A stretch of DNA of 64,000 nt from Candidatus Eiseniibacteriota bacterium (GCA_963717935.1 CAVQXP010000004.1:1504001-1568000), one strand, 5' to 3'; positions 18,587 through 28,651 are shown, numbered from the stretch's first letter. Notes: generated from the letters alone by a model not told the origin. Numbers and translations: made by a program.

Positions 18587-19820
18587 AGGAGGCCAGCCGG
18601 TCCGCCCGGACTACCTCGTCTTCGGCCGGCCGTTGATCGGCGAGGAAGAGATCGCCGAGATGGTGGACACGCTGCGCTCGGGCTGGATCGGGTTCGGCCC
18701 CAAGTGCCTGCGTTTCGAGGAGGCCTTCGCGCGCTACGTGGACGCGGACTACGCGGTGTCGGTGAACTCGGCCACGGCGGCCCTGCACCTCGCCCTGCTC
18801 GCGGCCGGCATCGGCCCCGGCGACGAGGTGATCACGACCCCGCTGACGTTCGTCGCCACGGCGAACGTCATCACCCACGTGGGCGCGATCCCGGTCTTCG
18901 TGGACGTGGACCCCGACACCCAGAACCTCGCTCCGGACCTGGTCGAACGAGCGGTCACGCGCCGCACCCGGGCCCTGATGCCGGTGCACATGGCGGGCTG
19001 GCCCTGCGAGATGGACGCGCTCGGCGCCCTCGCCGCGCGCCACGGGCTGACCGTGATCGAGGACGCCGCGCACGCGGCGGAGACCTGGTACCGCGGCAGC
19101 AAGGTCGGCTCGATCAGCCGTTTCACGGCCTTCAGCTTCTACGCCACGAAGAACCTCACCACCGGCGAGGGCGGGATGCTCACCACCGATGACGCGACCG
19201 TCATCGAGCGGCTGCGCGCGCTCCGGCTCCACGGTCTCGACAAGGACGCGTGGAAACGCTATTCCCCGGGCGGGTTCATGCCCTACCAGGCGCTCGAGCC
19301 CGGCTACAAGTACAACATGACCGACATGCAGGCCTCCCTCGGGCTGCACCAGCTCGCGCGGCTCGAACACTCGCTGGCGGCCCGGGAGCGGCTCTGGGCG
19401 ATCTACGACCAGGCCTTCGCCGAGGTCCCCGGGGTGCGGGTCCGTCCCCGGCTGGAGACCCTGGGCAGCCGCCACGCCCGGCATCTCTACACGCTCGAGC
19501 TCGACCTGCCGAACCTCGAGTGCGACCGGGGCCGCTTCATCAGCGCCCTGTCCGCCGAGAACATCGGCAGCGGCATCCACTTCGTGCCCGTGCACCTGCA
19601 TCAGCACTACCGCGACACCTACGGCACCCGGCGCGGCGACCACCCCCAGGCCGAGCGCATCGGCGACGCCACGCTCTCGCTCCCGCTCTCGGCGGCGATG
19701 AGCGAGGACGATGCGCGGGACGTGATCGCCGCGGTCACCAAGGTGGCGCGCCACTACGTCCGCCCGGCCGTGCACGCGGTCACCTGGGAGGCAGCCGAGG
19801 AGCTGCGCGAGGCCGCATGA
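18567..19820 (+). CDS. DegT/DnrJ/EryC1/StrS family sugar aminotransferase
   Basis: NSATAALHLAL, GDEVIT, IEDAAHA, FSFYATKNLTTGEGG, GYKYNMTD, LSLPL. Confidence 0.95.
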   Translation: MSSLACEGGQPVRPDYLVFGRPLIGEEEIAEMVDTLRSGWIGFGPKCLRFEEAFARYVDADYAVSVNSATAALHLALLAAGIGPGDEVITTPLTFVATANVITHVGAIPVFVDVDPDTQNLAPDLVERAVTRRTRALMPVHMAGWPCEMDALGALAARHGLTVIEDAAHAAETWYRGSKVGSISRFTAFSFYATKNLTTGEGGMLTTDDATVIERLRALRLHGLDKDAWKRYSPGGFMPYQALEPGYKYNMTDMQASLGLHQLARLEHSLAARERLWAIYDQAFAEVPGVRVRPRLETLGSRHARHLYTLELDLPNLECDRGRFISALSAENIGSGIHFVPVHLHQHYRDTYGTRRGDHPQAERIGDATLSLPLSAAMSEDDARDVIAAVTKVARHYVRPAVHAVTWEAAEELREAA

Positions 19821-20569
19821 GCCCGGACCGGGCCGGCGCGTGCGAGGCCGTGGCCGAGGACGCCCTCGGCCGCGTCGCGGGCGTGGACGTCGCCCCGCTT
19901 CCGCGAGCGCCGGCGCTGGCGCCCGGACGCGCGGCCGTGGGCCGCTACACGCCGGCCGGCGAGCTGGTGAAGGCCGTGAGCGATCGCGTGCTGGCGGCGC
20001 TCGGGCTGGTCCTCATCAGTCCGCTGCTCGCCCTGCTCGCCCTCGCGGTCCGGCTCGACTCGCCGGGGCCCGCCCTGTTCCGCCAGCCCCGGGTCGGCCG
20101 CGGCGGCCGGCGGTTCACCTTCTGGAAGTTCCGCGGCATGTACGTGGACGCCCGCGCACGCTTCCCGGAGCTCTACGACTACTCGTACTCGCAGACGGAG
20201 ATCCAGGAGCTGCGCTTCCACCCAGACCAGGACCCGCGCGTCACCCGGGTCGGGCGGTTCGTGCGGCGCACCAGCCTGGACGAGCTGCCCAACCTGATCA
20301 ACGTGGTGCTCGGCGACATGAGCCTGGTGGGCCCGCGGCCGGAGATCCCCGAGCTGCTGCCGTACTACGGGGACGCGGCGGCGGAGATCCTGAGCGTGCG
20401 GCCCGGCATCACGTCGCTCGCGAAGCTGGTCGGACGGGACGACCTCACCTTCGAGGAGACGCTCGCGCTCGACCGGCGCTACCTCCGCGAGCGCTCGCTG
20501 GCCCTGGACTTCCGGCTGCTGTTCGGCACCGCCCGGATGGTCCTGACCGGCCGTAGCGTGGGACACTGA
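19817..20569 (+). CDS. Initiating sugar-phosphate transferase (bacterial sugar transferase family)
   Basis: [51 protein letters not shown]. Confidence 0.95.
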   Translation: MSPDRAGACEAVAEDALGRVAGVDVAPLPRAPALAPGRAAVGRYTPAGELVKAVSDRVLAALGLVLISPLLALLALAVRLDSPGPALFRQPRVGRGGRRFTFWKFRGMYVDARARFPELYDYSYSQTEIQELRFHPDQDPRVTRVGRFVRRTSLDELPNLINVVLGDMSLVGPRPEIPELLPYYGDAAAEILSVRPGITSLAKLVGRDDLTFEETLALDRRYLRERSLALDFRLLFGTARMVLTGRSVGH

Positions 20570-20676
20570 CCCGCGACGCGAAGACCCTGCGGATGGCGCG
20601 GCGGGCCAGACCGTCCCCGGCGATCGCCCGGAGCGCTGGCGGGGCCGAGACCGGCACAGACAGACGAGGAGGAAGC

Positions 20677-21360
20677 GTGGGACTTCGGGAAGACGTCGTA
20701 GGCTGGGACGTGGTGAACTGGTCCCGGGCGCTGGACTACTGGGAATCCAGGCTCGACCTCGATCCTGCCGGCCGTCGCGCATTGGAGCTTGGCTGCGGTG
20801 ACAACGGCGGCTTGTCGCTCTGGCTGGCGACGAAGGGCTACAGGGTCCTCTGCTCGGGATACCAGGGCGTCGAGGAGGCGGCTAGGGCCGCCCACAGAGC
20901 CTGCCGCGTCGAGAACCTGATCGATTACGAGACCATCGACGCGTGCGCGATCCCGTTTCGCGAGACCTTCGACCTGATCTGCTACAAGTCCGTCCTCGGT
21001 GGCATCGTGCGAGATGGTCCTCTGCAGGTCGGGCGCGACGTGATCGCCCAGGTCCTGCAGGCGCTGAAGCCGGGTGGCAAGCTGCTGTTCGCGGAGAACC
21101 TGACCTCCTCCAGGCTCCATCATGCCCTGCGGCAGAGGTGCGGCGCTGGGAGAAACCGTTGGAGATACTTCACCATCGAAGAACTGGTCGAGCTGCACGC
21201 GGGCTTCACCTCCTTCGAGTACGCGACCTTTGGATTCACGGGTTGTCTGGGACGCACCGAGAGGCAACGGAGACTGTTGGGCCGTCTCGACAGTCGTCTG
21301 CTCGATAGGGTGGTCCCGGAGAGATGGCACTACATCATGGCGGCCATCGCCACGAAGTAG
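20677..21360 (+). CDS. Class I SAM-dependent methyltransferase
   Basis: ALELGCG, IPF.ETFDLI, LKPGGKLLF; GTG start after GGAGG. Confidence 0.82.
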   Translation: MGLREDVVGWDVVNWSRALDYWESRLDLDPAGRRALELGCGDNGGLSLWLATKGYRVLCSGYQGVEEAARAAHRACRVENLIDYETIDACAIPFRETFDLICYKSVLGGIVRDGPLQVGRDVIAQVLQALKPGGKLLFAENLTSSRLHHALRQRCGAGRNRWRYFTIEELVELHAGFTSFEYATFGFTGCLGRTERQRRLLGRLDSRLLDRVVPERWHYIMAAIATK

Positions 21361-21434
21361 GGCATCGCGTCGCCTGCGGAGCTGATCAGGCGCGGCGCCA
21401 TCTCCTTCGAGGGGACACTCGCGCTCGACGGCGG

Positions 21435-22973
21435 CTACCAGCGCACGCGACAGCGCGTGGCGCCGAAGAAGCCGCTCGCGTCGCCGCCCTCCACGTGACC
21501 GGGTGCGCGTACGCGCGCATCGCCGGCGGTGAGGCCGAGCGTCAGGCCCGCGGCCGGCGACCAGTCGACCGAGGCCGCGATGCGCGCGTCCTGTTCGACC
21601 ACGCCGGAGAGCGCCAGCGGCGGCACCGGGCTGCCGGGGACGTGGAAGTCGCCCAGCACGGCCTCACCCCGGCGCGCCAGCGCGCCCTCGAGGGTGAAGG
21701 TCCAGTTCGCGTCCCGGTCCCACGCCAGCTGGCCGAAGAACTGCTCGGCATCGGGGCCGAGTGGATAGCCCGTCGGCAGGCCGTGGAAGACGAAGTCGTG
21801 GTGATGGTACGACGAGTAGGTGTAGCGGTAGACGCGCGAGTACTCGCCGCGCGCGCTCAGCGCGCCTCCGCCCTGCCGCCAGCGGGTGTGGACCCCGGTC
21901 TGCCAGGCGATCGAGAGCGGACGCTTCTCCGAGCTGAAGCTGATGTCGTCCACCGCGATCTCGCCATAGAGGCGCGCGCCGGGGCGCGCCCGCCACGTGA
22001 CGTCCGCGGTCCACATGACGTTGTTCTTGAAGGTCCCCTCGAGCGAGTCGGTGGGCAGGTCCGATGACTTGATCAGCCGCCTCTCGATCAGGCTGTAGGG
22101 GATCGTCGGCAGCAGGTAGAGCGGCGCGTTCGCGACGCCGTCGAAGCGCACGAGCTCGGAGAGCGCCAGGTCCAGGCTCGCGCCCGGCCGCACTTCGATC
22201 CGGTGTCCGGCGAGATAGGTCTCCGCCACCGGGTCGAGCGAGGCAAGGAACCACTCGAGCTGCAGCCGCCGGAGGAGCCGGGTGCGGAACTCGACGAAGT
22301 CGAACGCCTGCGCGCCGTCGGAGAGGCCCACGCCGCCCGTCACTCCCGGGCCCCAGCGCAGCCACGAATGCCCGAGCGTCACGGTCCCGAGCGGACCCTG
22401 GGCGCGCAGGTAGGCGCGGTCGAAGTAGGGGTTGACCTGGACGCCTTCGATGAGTCCGAAGTGCCGGCTGTCGACCGGATTGCCGTGCGGGCCCGGCGAC
22501 TTCGTCCCGGCGAACACGTCGGTGAACAGCAGCACGCTGCGGCCGAGCATCGCGGAAACCTGGACGCCCCCGCGGAAGTCACGCACGACGGAGTGACGGG
22601 CCCGGTCCTCCGCGAAGTCCGCGCGCAGGTAGGGCGAGACCTCGAGCGAGCCCTGGTCGTCCCGGACGTGGAGCATGGACTGACAGCCGCCGGGCCCCGG
22701 GGCGAGCTCGCGGCGCAGCCGGGCGACCGCCGGGTCGTCCTCCGCCTGGGGCGCGAGCGCGACGATCTCCTGCAGGAACGCGGCGAGGTCCGCACGGGTC
22801 CACGGGCGCGTCGCGTGGAACGCCGCACCGAGTCCATACGAAACCGCCACGTCCTCGAGGTCGCGGACGGTGCGCGACTCGACGGGGATCTCCTCGAGCC
22901 CGTGATATGCCGCGTGCGCCGGGAGGGCCGCGGCGAACAGCGCGACCGCGAGGGCCAGCAGGGACAACCGCAT
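21435..22973 (-). CDS. Capsule assembly Wzi-family outer-membrane beta-barrel protein
   Basis: Signal peptide, RPW.R helix region, RAY, LRWGPG..G...LSD, YLAGHR.E, YGE...DD, GYPLGPDA, C-terminal W. Confidence 0.72.
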   Translation of the reverse strand: MRLSLLALAVALFAAALPAHAAYHGLEEIPVESRTVRDLEDVAVSYGLGAAFHATRPWTRADLAAFLQEIVALAPQAEDDPAVARLRRELAPGPGGCQSMLHVRDDQGSLEVSPYLRADFAEDRARHSVVRDFRGGVQVSAMLGRSVLLFTDVFAGTKSPGPHGNPVDSRHFGLIEGVQVNPYFDRAYLRAQGPLGTVTLGHSWLRWGPGVTGGVGLSDGAQAFDFVEFRTRLLRRLQLEWFLASLDPVAETYLAGHRIEVRPGASLDLALSELVRFDGVANAPLYLLPTIPYSLIERRLIKSSDLPTDSLEGTFKNNVMWTADVTWRARPGARLYGEIAVDDISFSSEKRPLSIAWQTGVHTRWRQGGGALSARGEYSRVYRYTYSSYHHHDFVFHGLPTGYPLGPDAEQFFGQLAWDRDANWTFTLEGALARRGEAVLGDFHVPGSPVPPLALSGVVEQDARIAASVDWSPAAGLTLGLTAGDARVRAPGHVEGGDASGFFGATRCRVRW

Positions 22974-23073
22974 GGCGCGAACCATACGCGAACGACGGGG
23001 CCGCCGCCACAGCAGAGAGATGGCGCGATGCCCCCGCCGGGGGGGGCGATGGGGAGCGCGCCGCGCGGCCAGG

Positions 23074-24030
23074 CTAGATCACGATGGCGAAGGAGCCGTA
23101 TTCGTGGCTGTCGGGGTGCTCGCGGAACTCGCCGGTGGTGTACGAGAACGTGTAGCGGAAGCCGACGCTGCGCCAGCGGCTCGCGACGCCGAGCTGGGCC
23201 TCGCCCACGATGGGGACCCGCGTGACGTGCAGGCTCGGCCCGAACGTGCTGCCATCGAGGAAGAGGTTGCGCGCGACGGCGCGGCCCTCGGCGCGGGCGA
23301 AGACGTACAGGTCGAAGCGGCTGCGGGCGGAACCGGCCGCGGCGTTGCGCCACGGCCCGAAGTCGTCGGGGAGCGGCAGCCCGAGGCGCACGGTCCCGCC
23401 GGCGCCGGCCTCGGTGTGCACGTTGCCGAGCGTCACCCCCGCGTGCGGGACGAAGTCGGCATGCCGCCGGTAGCCCCACGGCCGGAGGCGCTCCTGGTAG
23501 GAGACGACGATCCCCGGCTCGCCGCGCAGCTGGTAGCGCCAGCCCTGCGGTGCGCGGACGCCGAGTTGGTGGTGCCACCAGCGCTGCACGTCCTCGGCGT
23601 ACGAAGCGGAGCCCGTGGTGCCGACCTGGAGCTCGAGGCTGCGCATCCGCCGCGCGTCGCGGCACGAGAGGGTGCCACCGGCGTAGAGCCATCCGGCATA
23701 CGGGCGGTCGCCGAGGACCAGCCCGCGCGCCGAGAGCGCGTCGGGCGTGTAGATCTCCTGCCCGAGCGAGAGTCCGAACTGACGCTCTGCCCCGCGCGCT
23801 GCGAACCCGGGCAGCCGGTCCGCGAGCCAGCGCGCTGGCGCGGGCAGCGCGTCGGGGGCACCGAAGAGATTCACGCGCATGCCCTGCGTGTAGTTCCGGT
23901 CGGTGGTCGCCGCTCCCGGGACGAAGCCGTCGGTGTCGTTGTCCCAATGGGTCTGCACTTCGGCGCCGGCGGGATCGAGCGGCAGACTGACCAGGGCGAG
24001 CAGGAGGGCGAGGCGAAGGTAGTGGCTCAT
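23074..24030 (-). CDS. Lipid A deacylase LpxR family (DUF2219) outer-membrane protein
   Basis: DND...DRNYTQG, GQEIYTP, DRPYAGWLY, Q..WH...GW.YQL, LGNV, N.FLDG. Confidence 0.85.
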   Translation of the reverse strand: MSHYLRLALLLALVSLPLDPAGAEVQTHWDNDTDGFVPGAATTDRNYTQGMRVNLFGAPDALPAPARWLADRLPGFAARGAERQFGLSLGQEIYTPDALSARGLVLGDRPYAGWLYAGGTLSCRDARRMRSLELQVGTTGSASYAEDVQRWWHHQLGVRAPQGWRYQLRGEPGIVVSYQERLRPWGYRRHADFVPHAGVTLGNVHTEAGAGGTVRLGLPLPDDFGPWRNAAAGSARSRFDLYVFARAEGRAVARNLFLDGSTFGPSLHVTRVPIVGEAQLGVASRWRSVGFRYTFSYTTGEFREHPDSHEYGSFAIVI

Positions 24031-24608
24031 GGCGTCCTGTGGTGCGGGTCCAGGTGTCCGCGCCGCGCTTTGGCGCGCCGCGGTGGGTCGTTTTCTGCTC
24101 ATTCCGATGTCATTGTCCGGCTTGGAGTTGCAGAGATACAAGAGACTTCACGTGAAGTGCGTCACCACCCACCGGCTGGGGCAGACGGCGCAGGGCCGCG
24201 AAGACGTGGAAGTACCGGCGCCGCGGCGGAATCGCCCCGCGCGGTGGGCTGGACGCCACGCGAGAGGGCGAGAAATGACCCGTCGCGGGGACCGTTGGGT
24301 CCGCTTGGAAGCTGCCCCCGCCCGGGCGCTCTGGCCGTAGGGCGCGGGAATGGCGACGTGCCGGAGGCCACCAGGTGGTGGCCCAGGTTCGGTGTCGCCG
24401 GGAACCTGAAAGTGCCGCTCGCGGTGCGCCGCGCTCGCAGCTCTCGCCGTCTTTCCGCTGCTCCGTGTCCCCCGCGGATTCGTGCCCTGTTGGAGCGAGG
24501 CGGCCCGGATGAGGTAGCATCCTCCCCGACGTGACACTGGCCGGGGCGTGTGAGCCCCCGCCGCTCCCTTCCTTGGAACCATCCTCCAGCCCAGAGCCGA
24601 GCCCTCCC

Positions 24609-26009
24609 ATGACTCCCGACACGCCTCCCATCGAGCCCACTCTGCCCTCCGATCCTGAAGAAGATGCCGCGGCCTCGGCCGAGTTCGCCCGGGCGCTCGA
24701 TGAATTCGAGCAGAGCAAGCGTTCCGCCGCGGTGGCGGCGCGTGCCGCAGCCGAGATCACCGTGGGCATGAAGGTGAAGGGCAAGGTCGTCTCGGTGGGC
24801 GAGGAACACACGCTCCTCGACTTCGGCGGCCGCAGCGAGGCCGTGGCCGAGACCCGGCACTTCCGCGCGGAGGACGGCACCCCGAGTGTCCAGCCCGGCG
24901 ACCTGATCGAGCTGTTCGTGGTGGAAGCCGGCGACCAGGTCGTGCTCGCGCCCTCGATCCGTGCCGACGCCCATGCGGTGCTGCGGCAGATGCGCGAGGC
25001 GCACGCGGCGGGCGTGCCCGTGAGCGGGCGCGTCACGGGCCTCAACTCCGGCGGGCTCGAGGTGGACCTGAGCGGCGAGCGCGCCTTCTGCCCGCTCTCG
25101 CACATCGAGTCCAGCTTCTGCGCCGACCCGTCGGTCTACGTCGGGCGCACGCTCGAGTTCCTCGTGACCTCGGTCGGCGACACGAAGGGCAGCGTGGTGC
25201 TCTCGCGCCGGCAGTTGCTGCGCCGGGGCGAGGAGGAGCAGGCGAAGAAGCTGGTGGCCTCGCTCAAGCCCGGCGACGAGCTGGATGGCACGGTGGCGCG
25301 GCTCGAGGCCTTCGGCGCGTTCGTGGACCTCGGCGGCGTGGACGGGCTGGTGCACGTCTCGGAGATCCGGCACGAGCGTGTCGGGCACCCCAGAGAGGTG
25401 CTGTGCCAGGGCGAGAAGGTGCACGTCAAGGTACTCCGCCTGGATACCGGCAAGGACGGCAGGCAACGGATCGCGCTCTCCATCAAGGCGACCGCGCCGG
25501 ACCCCTGGACCGGGATCGAGTCGCGCTACAGCGCCGGGATGCGCGTGATGGGCGTAGTCGCGCGGCTCACCGACTTCGGGGCGTTCGTCACGCTGGAGCC
25601 CGGCATCGACGGACTGGTGCATGTCTCCGAGGCCGCGCCCCAGCGCATCGCGCATGTGAAGGAAGTGCTGGCCGCCGGACAGACCATCGAGGCGGTGGTA
25701 CTGGGCGTGGACCCGGAGAAGAAGCGCGTCTCGCTCTCGATCAAGCGGACCGTCGAGGATTCGGCGCCGCCGGCCCCGGAGCGGACCCGCGAGCGGGCAC
25801 CGGAGCGGTCTCGTGAGCGGACTTCGGAGCGGCCCCGTGAGCGGGGCGCGTCCGCGCGCCCGTCCCAGTCCCGCGGGGCGCCGCAGGTGCAGCAGTTCCC
25901 GCCGCCGGCGCAACCCGGGGCGGAGCCGGAGTTGACCACGATGGCGCTCGCGCTGCGCGCGGCGATGGAGCGGGCGAAGCAGAAGCAGGAGGGCGGCGGC
26001 CGCTCGTAG
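24609..26009 (+). CDS. S1 RNA-binding domain protein (ribosomal protein S1 paralog)
   Basis: Four S1-like repeats (FGAFVDLGGVDGLVHVSEI; FGAFVTLEPGIDGLVHVSE; RIALSIK) and a low-complexity C-terminal tail. Confidence 0.85.
   Translation: MTPDTPPIEPTLPSDPEEDAAASAEFARALDEFEQSKRSAAVAARAAAEITVGMKVKGKVVSVGEEHTLLDFGGRSEAVAETRHFRAEDGTPSVQPGDLIELFVVEAGDQVVLAPSIRADAHAVLRQMREAHAAGVPVSGRVTGLNSGGLEVDLSGERAFCPLSHIESSFCADPSVYVGRTLEFLVTSVGDTKGSVVLSRRQLLRRGEEEQAKKLVASLKPGDELDGTVARLEAFGAFVDLGGVDGLVHVSEIRHERVGHPREVLCQGEKVHVKVLRLDTGKDGRQRIALSIKATAPDPWTGIESRYSAGMRVMGVVARLTDFGAFVTLEPGIDGLVHVSEAAPQRIAHVKEVLAAGQTIEAVVLGVDPEKKRVSLSIKRTVEDSAPPAPERTRERAPERSRERTSERPRERGASARPSQSRGAPQVQQFPPPAQPGAEPELTTMALALRAAMERAKQKQEGGGRS
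25779..25844 (+). repeat. Coding tandem repeat, GAGCGG every 12 nt x6 (ERxx repeats)
   Basis: GAGCGG at 25779, 25791, 25803, 25815, 25827, 25839. Confidence 0.85.
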
Positions 26010-26258
26010 AGGGCCGGCAGCCGCAATCCCGCGGCTCCGCTCGTCGAGCGTCGCATGCCACGCCGTCCCGCGGCCCGGCAGCCTCGTCTTGGCCTTCGTG
26101 CCGTGCTGCCCATCCTCACGGTGGGGAGCCAGGCGGCAGGCGCCGGGCCTGCGTGCGAATCGGCCCCGACTCTGCGATGATGCGGCGTCCAGAGGTCCGG
26201 TGAAACGATCGGGGCTGGCGCCCACCGTCGGCGGGCGAGCCCGGGAGGGGAGTACCAC

Positions 26259-26480
26259 ATGGCAGGGAACAAGAGACCCTCATTCCTCAAGCGGCAGAAG
26301 GAGCAGGCACGCCTCGCCCGCGCGTCCGAGAAGCGCGAAGCGCGGCGGGTGAAGAAGCACTCCAGGGGTATGGTGATCGAGGAGCTCGAAGCACCCGATT
26401 CGCTCGAAGCGCCCGACTCGCTCGAAGCGCCCGATTCGCCCGAAGAAGTCACGGAAGAGAACGGAGAGACCGCGCGCTGA
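26259..26480 (+). CDS. Small hypothetical protein, basic N-terminus and acidic C-terminus
   Basis: GGGGAG RBS; 73 aa, starting MAGNKRPSFLKRQKEQARLARASEKREARR. Confidence 0.7.
   Translation: MAGNKRPSFLKRQKEQARLARASEKREARRVKKHSRGMVIEELEAPDSLEAPDSLEAPDSPEEVTEENGETAR
26385..26438 (+). repeat. 18-bp tandem repeat x3 encoding LEAPDS
   Basis: CTCGAAGC(A/G)CCCGA(T/C)TCG three times. Confidence 0.95.
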
Positions 26481-26542
26481 GCGGCCCCCGGGCCCCTCGC
26501 CGTCCCGCACCTCGGAATCACATCTCCAAGGAGGTCGTACCC

Positions 26543-28651
26543 ATGCGTATCTGGCTCGCCCTTGCCCTCGTCGCCCTGACCGCGCCGCCGGTCCGCGCCC
26601 AGTCGCCGGCAACGGACCCGTTGCCGGCGAATCCGCTGCTGTCCGAATGGAACACGCCTTTCGGCGTGCCACCGTTCAGCGAGATCAAGCCCGAGCACTA
26701 CCTGCCCGCCTTCAAGGTGGCCATGGCGCAGCAGATCGCCGAGGTCGAGGCCATCGCGAAGAGCCCGGCGGCGCCCACCTTCGCGAACACCATCGAGGCC
26801 CTCGAGGCTTCCGGCGGGCTGCTGGACAAGGTGGACGGGGTCTTCGGCAACCTCACCTCGGTCGAGACCAACGACGAGATGCAGGCGATCGACCGCGAGG
26901 TCTCGCCCATGCTGGCCGCGCACCAGGACGACATCCAGCTCAACGCGGCGCTCTTCCAGCGCGTCAATGCGGTGTGGGACTCGCGCGCGAAGCTCGAGCT
27001 CGCGCCCGACCAGGTCACGCTGCTCGAGGAGACCTGGAAGAGCTTCGTGCGCGGCGGGGCGCTGCTCCCGAAGGAGCAGCAGGAGCGCTTCCGCGCGATC
27101 AACGCGGAACTGGCCGGCCTCGAGGTCAAGTTCGGCGACGATGTCCTCAAGCAGACCAACTCGTACCGGCTCGTCATCGACGCGCCGGCCGATCTGGCGG
27201 GGCTCCCCGAGCGGGTCGTGGCGGGCGCGGCCGATGTCGCGAAGCAGGCCGGGCTCGAGGGCAAGTGGGTCTTCACCCTGCAGTCGCCGAGCATCTGGCC
27301 GTTCCTGCAGTACGCCGAGAATCGCGAGTTGCGCCGGCAGATCTTCGAGGCCTACATCAGCCGCTGCGACCACGGTGACGAGTTCGACAACAAGACGACG
27401 CTGGCCCGCACCGCTGCGCTGCGCGCCGAGCGGGCACAGTTGCTCGGCTACAAGACCCACGCCGACTTCGTCCTCGACCGGAACATGGCCAAGACGCCGG
27501 CCGGGGTCTACGGTCTGCTCGACCGGCTGTGGGGCCCCGCCAAGGCGGTCGCGGGCAGGGAGGCCGCGGACCTGCAGGCGGCCATCCGGGCCGACGGGAA
27601 GGACTTCACGCTCGAGCCGTGGGACTGGTGGTACTACACGGAGAAGGTGCGCATGGCGCGTTTCGACCTGGACGAGCAGGCGGTGCGCCCGTACTTCGAG
27701 CTGGACCGCGTGCGCGAGGGCGCCTTCTACGTGGCCAACCGGCTCTTCGGGGTCAGCTTCACGCCGTTGCCGGACCTCCCGGTGTACAACCCCGAGGTCA
27801 AGGCCTACGAGGTGAAGGACGCCGATGGCTCGCACCTGGCCGTCTACTACGTGGACTATCACCCGCGGGCCAGCAAGCGCGGCGGAGCCTGGTCGAACGA
27901 GTACCGCGGCACCTGGATCCGCGACGGCAAGTCGGTCCGCCCGGTCGTCGTCAACTGCGGCAACTTCTCGCGCCCGGCCGGCGATGCGCCCGCGCTGCTC
28001 TCGCTCGACGAGGTGGAGACCCTCTATCACGAGCTGGGGCACGGCCTGAACGCCATCCTTTCGAAGATACGCTACAACAGCCAGGGCAACGTGCCGCGCG
28101 ACTTCGTCGAGCTGTGCTCGCAGATCATGGAGAACTGGGCGACCGAGCCCGAGGTGCTCAAGGTCTATGCGAAGCACTACCAGACCGGCGAGGTCATCCC
28201 CGTCGAGCTGGTGAACAAGCTGAAGCAGGCCGGCAAGTTCAACCAGGGGTTCGTGACCGTCGAGTACCTGGCGGCCTCCTACCTGGACATGGACTGGCAC
28301 ACCCTGACCGAGCCGAAGGAGCAGGATGTCCTGGCGTTCGAGGACGCTTCGATGACGAAGATCGGGATGCCGAAGGAGATCGTGACCCGCTACCGCAGCC
28401 CCTACTTCCGGCACATCTTCTCGGGTGGCTACTCGTCTGGCTACTACTCCTACATCTGGTCCGAGGTGCTCTCTGCCGACGCCTTCAAGGCGTTCGAGGA
28501 GAAGGGCCTGTTCGACGGGGCCACGGCGCGCTCGTTCCGCACCAACATCATGGAGCGAGGGGCCAGCGAGGAGCCCATGACCCTGTACCGGCGCTTCCGC
28601 GGCCGGGAGCCCGCGGTCGAGCCCCTGCTGGAGAAGCGCGGGCTCAAGTAG
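26543..28651 (+). CDS. dcp: M3 family metallopeptidase (peptidyl-dipeptidase Dcp-like), exported
   Basis: Signal peptide; NPLL, PPFS.I, KRGGAW, HELGH zinc motif, DFVE..SQ.MENW, HIF.GGYS.GYYSY.WSEVL. Confidence 0.92.
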   Translation: MRIWLALALVALTAPPVRAQSPATDPLPANPLLSEWNTPFGVPPFSEIKPEHYLPAFKVAMAQQIAEVEAIAKSPAAPTFANTIEALEASGGLLDKVDGVFGNLTSVETNDEMQAIDREVSPMLAAHQDDIQLNAALFQRVNAVWDSRAKLELAPDQVTLLEETWKSFVRGGALLPKEQQERFRAINAELAGLEVKFGDDVLKQTNSYRLVIDAPADLAGLPERVVAGAADVAKQAGLEGKWVFTLQSPSIWPFLQYAENRELRRQIFEAYISRCDHGDEFDNKTTLARTAALRAERAQLLGYKTHADFVLDRNMAKTPAGVYGLLDRLWGPAKAVAGREAADLQAAIRADGKDFTLEPWDWWYYTEKVRMARFDLDEQAVRPYFELDRVREGAFYVANRLFGVSFTPLPDLPVYNPEVKAYEVKDADGSHLAVYYVDYHPRASKRGGAWSNEYRGTWIRDGKSVRPVVVNCGNFSRPAGDAPALLSLDEVETLYHELGHGLNAILSKIRYNSQGNVPRDFVELCSQIMENWATEPEVLKVYAKHYQTGEVIPVELVNKLKQAGKFNQGFVTVEYLAASYLDMDWHTLTEPKEQDVLAFEDASMTKIGMPKEIVTRYRSPYFRHIFSGGYSSGYYSYIWSEVLSADAFKAFEEKGLFDGATARSFRTNIMERGASEEPMTLYRRFRGREPAVEPLLEKRGLK

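Noticed and set aside
26385..26438. CRISPR-like repeats (also 25779-25844)
   Set aside because: Short in-frame coding tandem repeats without unique spacers; no cas genes in the window
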